From Zootoca vivipara (lineage: Eukaryota), in assembly GCF_963506605.1 (NCBI RefSeq), contig NC_083281.1, forward strand, positions 56,730,001-56,794,000: a DNA stretch of 64,000 nucleotides, read 5' to 3'. The notes beneath the pieces were generated by a model. It was not told where the DNA came from. It made no database searches and saw nothing but the letters and a program-made list of their open reading frames with translations. A program made the translations under genes and the position numbers. This document shows positions 59,140 to 64,000 of the stretch, piece after piece (within the stretch, counting starts at the first letter, position 1; every line of letters begins with the position of its first letter).

Positions 59140-59732
59140 CTGGTGAGTGGAGATTAAGTCCTGCTCAATTTGGCTGTTCACTGCTGGAAATGGGTGCTCA
59201 GTCAACACAAGAGATTCCACCCAACCTCCTTTTTTTGCCATTGCAGTCCCAGTTCACTGAGAAAATAATTACACTTGACCAGTTTGCATTCTGCTTTAGA
59301 TGAACTTTCCCATAATAATTGATTAAATATAATAATACCCCCGTCTCCAGAGTCAAATCTGCCCATGCTAAGTTGCAGGGCTAATACTACTGCAGTAACG
59401 GGCTACCAACAGCTGCACTGTCCCAAAGCACCTCCTCATTTTGGAATGAAGTACAAATGGCCAGGAAAGGACCTTTCAGGATGTGTGGACCCCTGAAATG
59501 GGACTGCTCTCCCTCAGTAAACACTGACACCTGGTGAATGACTTTTTATTTGCCTTTCTGGCACTACCCTTGTTTATTCTAGCTGCTCAGTGCTGGTATA
59601 TCTTGTTGTACACTATACTTCTCATAGGCTTCATCTGCACCTATACATTTAAAGTATTATCAAGCCAATTTAAACAGTCATGGCTTCCAGGAAAGAATCT
59701 AGTTTGTTAAGGGTATTGAGACTTGTTAGGTA

Positions 59733-60034
59733 CAGCGGCGAAGCAAGCCAATTGGGCGCCTGGGGCGCCACATGTGCCCTGTGCCCAGGGGCAGGGCCAG
59801 CTGGCGCAGGATGCTCCGTGGGGCCTCTGAGGAGTCTGCCTCCTCCCCCTCAGCTGCACTACAGCTGAGGGGGAGGAGGCAGGCAGACCGTTTGGGGCAG
59901 CGCAGAGCCTCAGGAGAGATGTGTGGCTCGGGCGTGCTGCAGGCTTCACGGTGAGTGCTGCCTGGCATTTTTTCAGCCCCCTCAGTGGTGACACCCGGGG
60001 CGCACCGCCCCCGCCCCCCCTTCCTCCGTCTCTG
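59733..60034. mobile_element. Probable old hAT-type non-autonomous element
   Basis: CAG(C)GGCG...CTG ends with degenerate 8-bp flanks gttaggta/gttagatg. A related end appears in reverse at ~49123-49180. Confidence 0.45.
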
Positions 60035-60389
60035 GTTAGATGACACCTATTCCCTTCACAGAGCCACAGTTCTCAGAGTTTTCTGGGAAGAGGAAATTAT
60101 TATTAAACCATATTGCAGATTATAGGTCTGAAGGTGTGAAGGACACTCAGAAGAAGAGATGGCTATGTCTCTGGGGCTTCCTCCCCTTCTTCCTTCCACC
60201 CTGCCCTTGGTTGAAATGGAAAAGCGAGAAGCAGGTGTCACTCCTGCTAGGACTCCATATCAGGTCAGGAGTCCCAAGAACTCCTGCAGTGCCCAGGCCT
60301 CCTCTGGCCCTTGCTTTGCTTGTGGCAGCGGCTGCTGCTGAACGAGAGTTTGACACACAGAGGAAAGAAAGCCGGATATTTTTCATGCA

Positions 60390-60395
60390 TTTATT
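60390..60395 (-). terminator. Probable TAT polyadenylation signal AATAAA
   Basis: tttatt on +, about 480 nt past the TAT stop. Confidence 0.55.
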
Positions 60396-60871
60396 CATAC
60401 AAAAGGTATAATAACTTATAAACATCAAACAGGTACAGGAGGACATAGGTGGGGGAAAGGGGGAGACGGGTGCCCACGGTGGCCTGTGCCAGCCCAGGAC
60501 TCAGCACGGTCTCTGCAGAAGGACAGGTTGGGGTGCTTGCAGGTCTTTCTCAAGGGCACCTGGGAGGCTCCAGCAACACCACACCACTGCAGAGGCTGCC
60601 AGGAGCACCCAGTGCCCAGCAGCGCCTGCTGGAGTTCTTTGGCTGCGCTGGGCACAGGCAGGAGGGGGCCTGCAGGGGAGGAGTGTCTCTGTGGGGATCT
60701 ACTTCCAGGCAAGTGTCATGGTTGTATGAGGGCTTCAGAGGCTGTGGCACACAGAAGTGGTGTTGAGCCAGGGGACGGGCTGGCGAGGCACAGGCCCTGT
60801 GAGCCCAACTCACTGCAGGAGGAGTGGAGGCAGGCAGGCAGGAGGGCAGGCGGGCAGGCAGGGACCCTCAG

Positions 60872-63539
60872 CTACTTGTCACATTCCAGGTCCTGGGATC
60901 CTTCGCCGCCTTCGTAGTGCCTTTCGCAGAATTGCTGGATGCGCCGACAGGCCTCCACCATCATTTCCTCGGGCACTGTGATCACCACACGGAAGAAGTT
61001 GGGGTACTCAAAGCACTGCCAGGAGAAGCAGAAGAAGACCATTGAGATGGCATCAGAGGCCAGGGGCCACCACGTGGATCCTTTACAAGGCTGACTCCCT
61101 AAGGAGTGGCCAGAGAGCCTCGAAGGACCATCTCTGGTGCCTTGGAGATCCTGCACACACCAGACTCTGACACCAAGACTGGGTAGGATAAATGTGAGGG
61201 AGTTTGGGGTAGGTGTGTTAAGGGGAGGGTCAACACCTCCTGCTTTGCATGCAGAATGTTCCTGGCTGATCTTCCTGCCTTTCCCAATTGAAAAGTCTAG
61301 GCAAGGGGACACTCTCTCCAAGCGAGATTTGGGAGAGCTGCTGCTAGTAAGTGTAGAGTCGACCAAGGGCAGGCAACGTGGTGACACCACCTGTGGAGGG
61401 TCTCTGCCTTGCTTGTTGTTCCACACAAGGAGCGCTGAGAAACCAGCTTGTCAGTTTCTCACAGACTTCTGGTCAGCCACTGTGAGAACAGGATGCAGGA
61501 CCAGATGTGCTATTGGCCTGATCCAGCAGGCTTGTATCAAGGAATGGTGCTGCCGGCAAGTGCAATGGCCATTCTCCAAGGCCCACGTAGCAGGAGGGAG
61601 CAAGCGGCTGGGGATCTAGGAAAGGGAGCCTCGCGGCACCTCACAAGGTGCCATTGTTCAGCGGCTAGGGGTGTGGGCGCTGAGCCAGCTGGCACTGAGA
61701 TTGTTAAATGCAAGCAATGTCCCCTCATGCCATGCATGGTGGGAGCGCCTTGCGAATCACAAGCATCTAGAAGAAAGACTAGCTAAAGGAGAGGAAAGGC
61801 AGGTGGGGGCCGGCTGAGCAGCAGAGGCCCAGGGAAAGTGGAGCCAAGCAGAGTACCTCTTTTCTGCCAAGTGCAGCTCCTGGGGCTGCAGTAACTCCCA
61901 GGGCCTCCCATAACTCTCTTACGAATAAAGATGCTCACCGTGGCCGGCAGACAGAAGACGGACTGCTCAGCAATGAGCCTCTCCGTGAACTCCACATCAT
62001 TCTCAAACTCTGGAAAGTGTTCCATCTGAATGCCCACCTGCAGGAAGGAAGAGGAGGAAACACAGAGTTAGGGATGATCTGCCTGGCATTTGCCCATCTC
62101 AGGGTGACAATGCGCTCAAAGCTCTGCGAGTGACAGGAAGCCACTCACCATGAGGTACATGGCTCCCGACGGCCGGACAGGCTGCAAGCCGCAGACAGTG
62201 GAAAGGGCAGCATAGCAGAGGTCAGCATTGGACTGCAAAGGAAGGAAGGAGGAGGAGTCAGGTCAGATTGCAGGCACAAGCATCCCAGGGTCCCCACTGG
62301 GACCACCCAACACTACGGTGTTCATCATGAATAAAGGCTTAAAAGGGTACATTGTTGATTAATTAAAACCTGCCCACCCTGGGAACTGATAGGACCACAA
62401 AAAGTGACCTCCTGCTTGCCAGCTGTATCCACACTTGCACTGTGTTTTTTTCCCCCAGTGCTCCTGGTGTGTGCATGTCACTGAGTGCCCCCCCCCACAT
62501 CCTGCAGCTGTCTTTTTTTCCATGCTCACTGCCATGAATATTGGGTCTTCCCAGTGCTGAAAAGAGCAAAGCTTTTTACACAGTGTTTGGCTCTGATGTG
62601 CTATGTGGTGTGGAATAGTTCAGAGTATATATTTCTACACTGAATGAAAATAAAATAGGGACACTTAACATTCACAAGAGCATAGGAAACTGCCTTATAC
62701 CATTGGCCCATTCAGCTCAGTATTGCCTGCACGGACAGGCAGCAGTCCTGCAGGGTTTTAAACAGAGAGTCTCACCAAGCTCTGCCTGGAGATGTAGAAC
62801 CTCAGACTTTCTGCATGCAAAGCAGATTGCTCTACCATTGAGCTGAGGTCCATCCTTCCAAACTAGCATATCAATGGAATCTCAAAAAGGAATCTATGCA
62901 GAGATTTCATTAATATGCACATTCATTTAACTGTAACAGTTACACTGACTGATTCATGCCAAGCTAGGTTATTAAATGAACCAATAAGTTCCAAAGGGCA
63001 AAACAGGGAGGGGCTGAGGGTGCTGTGCTGAGCACCTCCTTGCCCCCTCCTTGCCAGTGCAGCTCCTCAGGGTGAGAGGAGTCACATTGTCCACTCCCAC
63101 CACCCAAGCAGTGTTTATGGGCTGGGGAGCATCCCTGTTGCCCTCCAAGGAGTTGGAAGAGATAACCAAAAGGGGCTTTGTGAGGCATGAGCACTCCCTG
63201 GTGCTCTCCACCATAGCTGCCAAGTTATCCCCTTTTTTAAGGGAAATTCCCTTATGCTGAATAGGCTTCCTCGCGAGAAAAGGGAAAACTTGGCAGCTAT
63301 GCTCTCCACCCACCCTGTTTTTAATCGTTCTTTTGGTCTAGTCCTGCTTTTCCTTGTGTTTGTTGCTCCTATTTCTTTCCTCCTTTTCCTTTCAAAGGGA
63401 AAGGATGTACCTTGAGAAAGCTGAGGGTGTTGTGGTAGAATTCCGGGGACGTCTGGCGAAGGATGCGGCTGAGAGCTCCCTGGACAACTGTGCAGGGGCC
63501 CAGGATCCTCTGGCTCAGCCGCAGGAGGCCGTCTCTGAT
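60872..63539 (-). CDS. TAT: Tyrosine aminotransferase, last four coding exons (gene continues beyond the window)
   Basis: Exons (-): 63411-63539, 62149-62232, 61939-62037, 60872-61015. [83 protein letters not shown]. Confidence 0.96.
62680..62845 (-). mobile_element. tRNA-related squamate SINE, degenerate
   Basis: Reverse-oriented copy of the 58451 family (cataggaaactgcctt...ttctgcatgcaaagcag..ctctaccattgagctg). Confidence 0.55.
63212..63301. mobile_element. 90-bp hAT-type MITE, copy 3 (TAT intron)
   Basis: TIRs CATAGCTGCCAAG. Perfect 8-bp TSD CTCTCCAC (63204-63211 and 63302-63309). Confidence 0.93.
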
Positions 63540-64000
63540 CTGAAAGATGCACAGAGGAGAGAGAGCTCAGTAGGGAGGGGCAGCACCTGATCCACAAGTT
63601 GATCTAAGAGAGTGAAATCGCTCAACCTGTTCCACAGCCACAGCAAGAGCCCTCTCGTGGCTCAGTGTGCCCCCAAACCAAAGGCAGAGCTGGGAAGGTG
63701 GGAAAGAGAGTCTGCATCCTGATATGGGTGCAATGGAGGGAACCTGTGCAGAAATCGCACCGGTGTAAAGGGCACAGGAAGTCGGGGAGGGATCTCCTGG
63801 CCCTCTGAAGAAGCATCTGCTACTCAAACCAACTTGTTCCTGTTCAGAGCCCATTTGGAGTAGGGGGCATCTTGGGAAGCCTTTCATTGACCAGACCTAG
63901 GAGGCAGCACAGACAGTGGGCACTGGGGCACAAAGGCTACATGAATCAGGCCTTAGAGGGTGGCTGTGAAGCGGTGAGGGGCACAAACTCTTTCCCTCCA

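Overview
This is vertebrate genomic DNA, almost certainly from a squamate lizard: it carries Sauria SINEs, young RTE-BovB LINEs, CR1 and hAT MITEs, and a lacertid origin is a guess. It holds the conserved housekeeping block TMEM231(-) / GABARAPL2(+) / ADAT1(-) / KARS1(-) / TERF2IP(+). This is followed by a single-coding-exon CHST4-like GlcNAc-6-O-sulfotransferase(-) and the last four coding exons of TAT(-). A CpG island at the left edge probably belongs to the next minus-strand gene. All exon chains were reconstructed by hand, and the frames close for every gene. The most notable observations are: (1) the KARS1 mitochondrial leader lies only 34 nt behind the cytosolic exon-1 donor, so isoform choice must be by alternative 5' splice site (with a uORF) or by alternative TSS, not by the cassette exon used in human; (2) a composite BovB insertion has one TSD enclosing a BovB 3' piece, ~165 bp of foreign DNA, an inverted tail and a second tail; (3) GABARAPL2 introns contain a complete miniature Gypsy LTR element with a nested Sauria SINE, plus a Ty1/Copia relic; (4) TMEM231 has an AT-AC U12 intron, and two RFX X-boxes sit in the promoter it shares with GABARAPL2; (5) there is a young 90-bp hAT MITE family and a four-stem palindromic element. 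I found no evidence for a wholly new protein-coding system. The novelty here is in splicing architecture and mobile-element mechanics.
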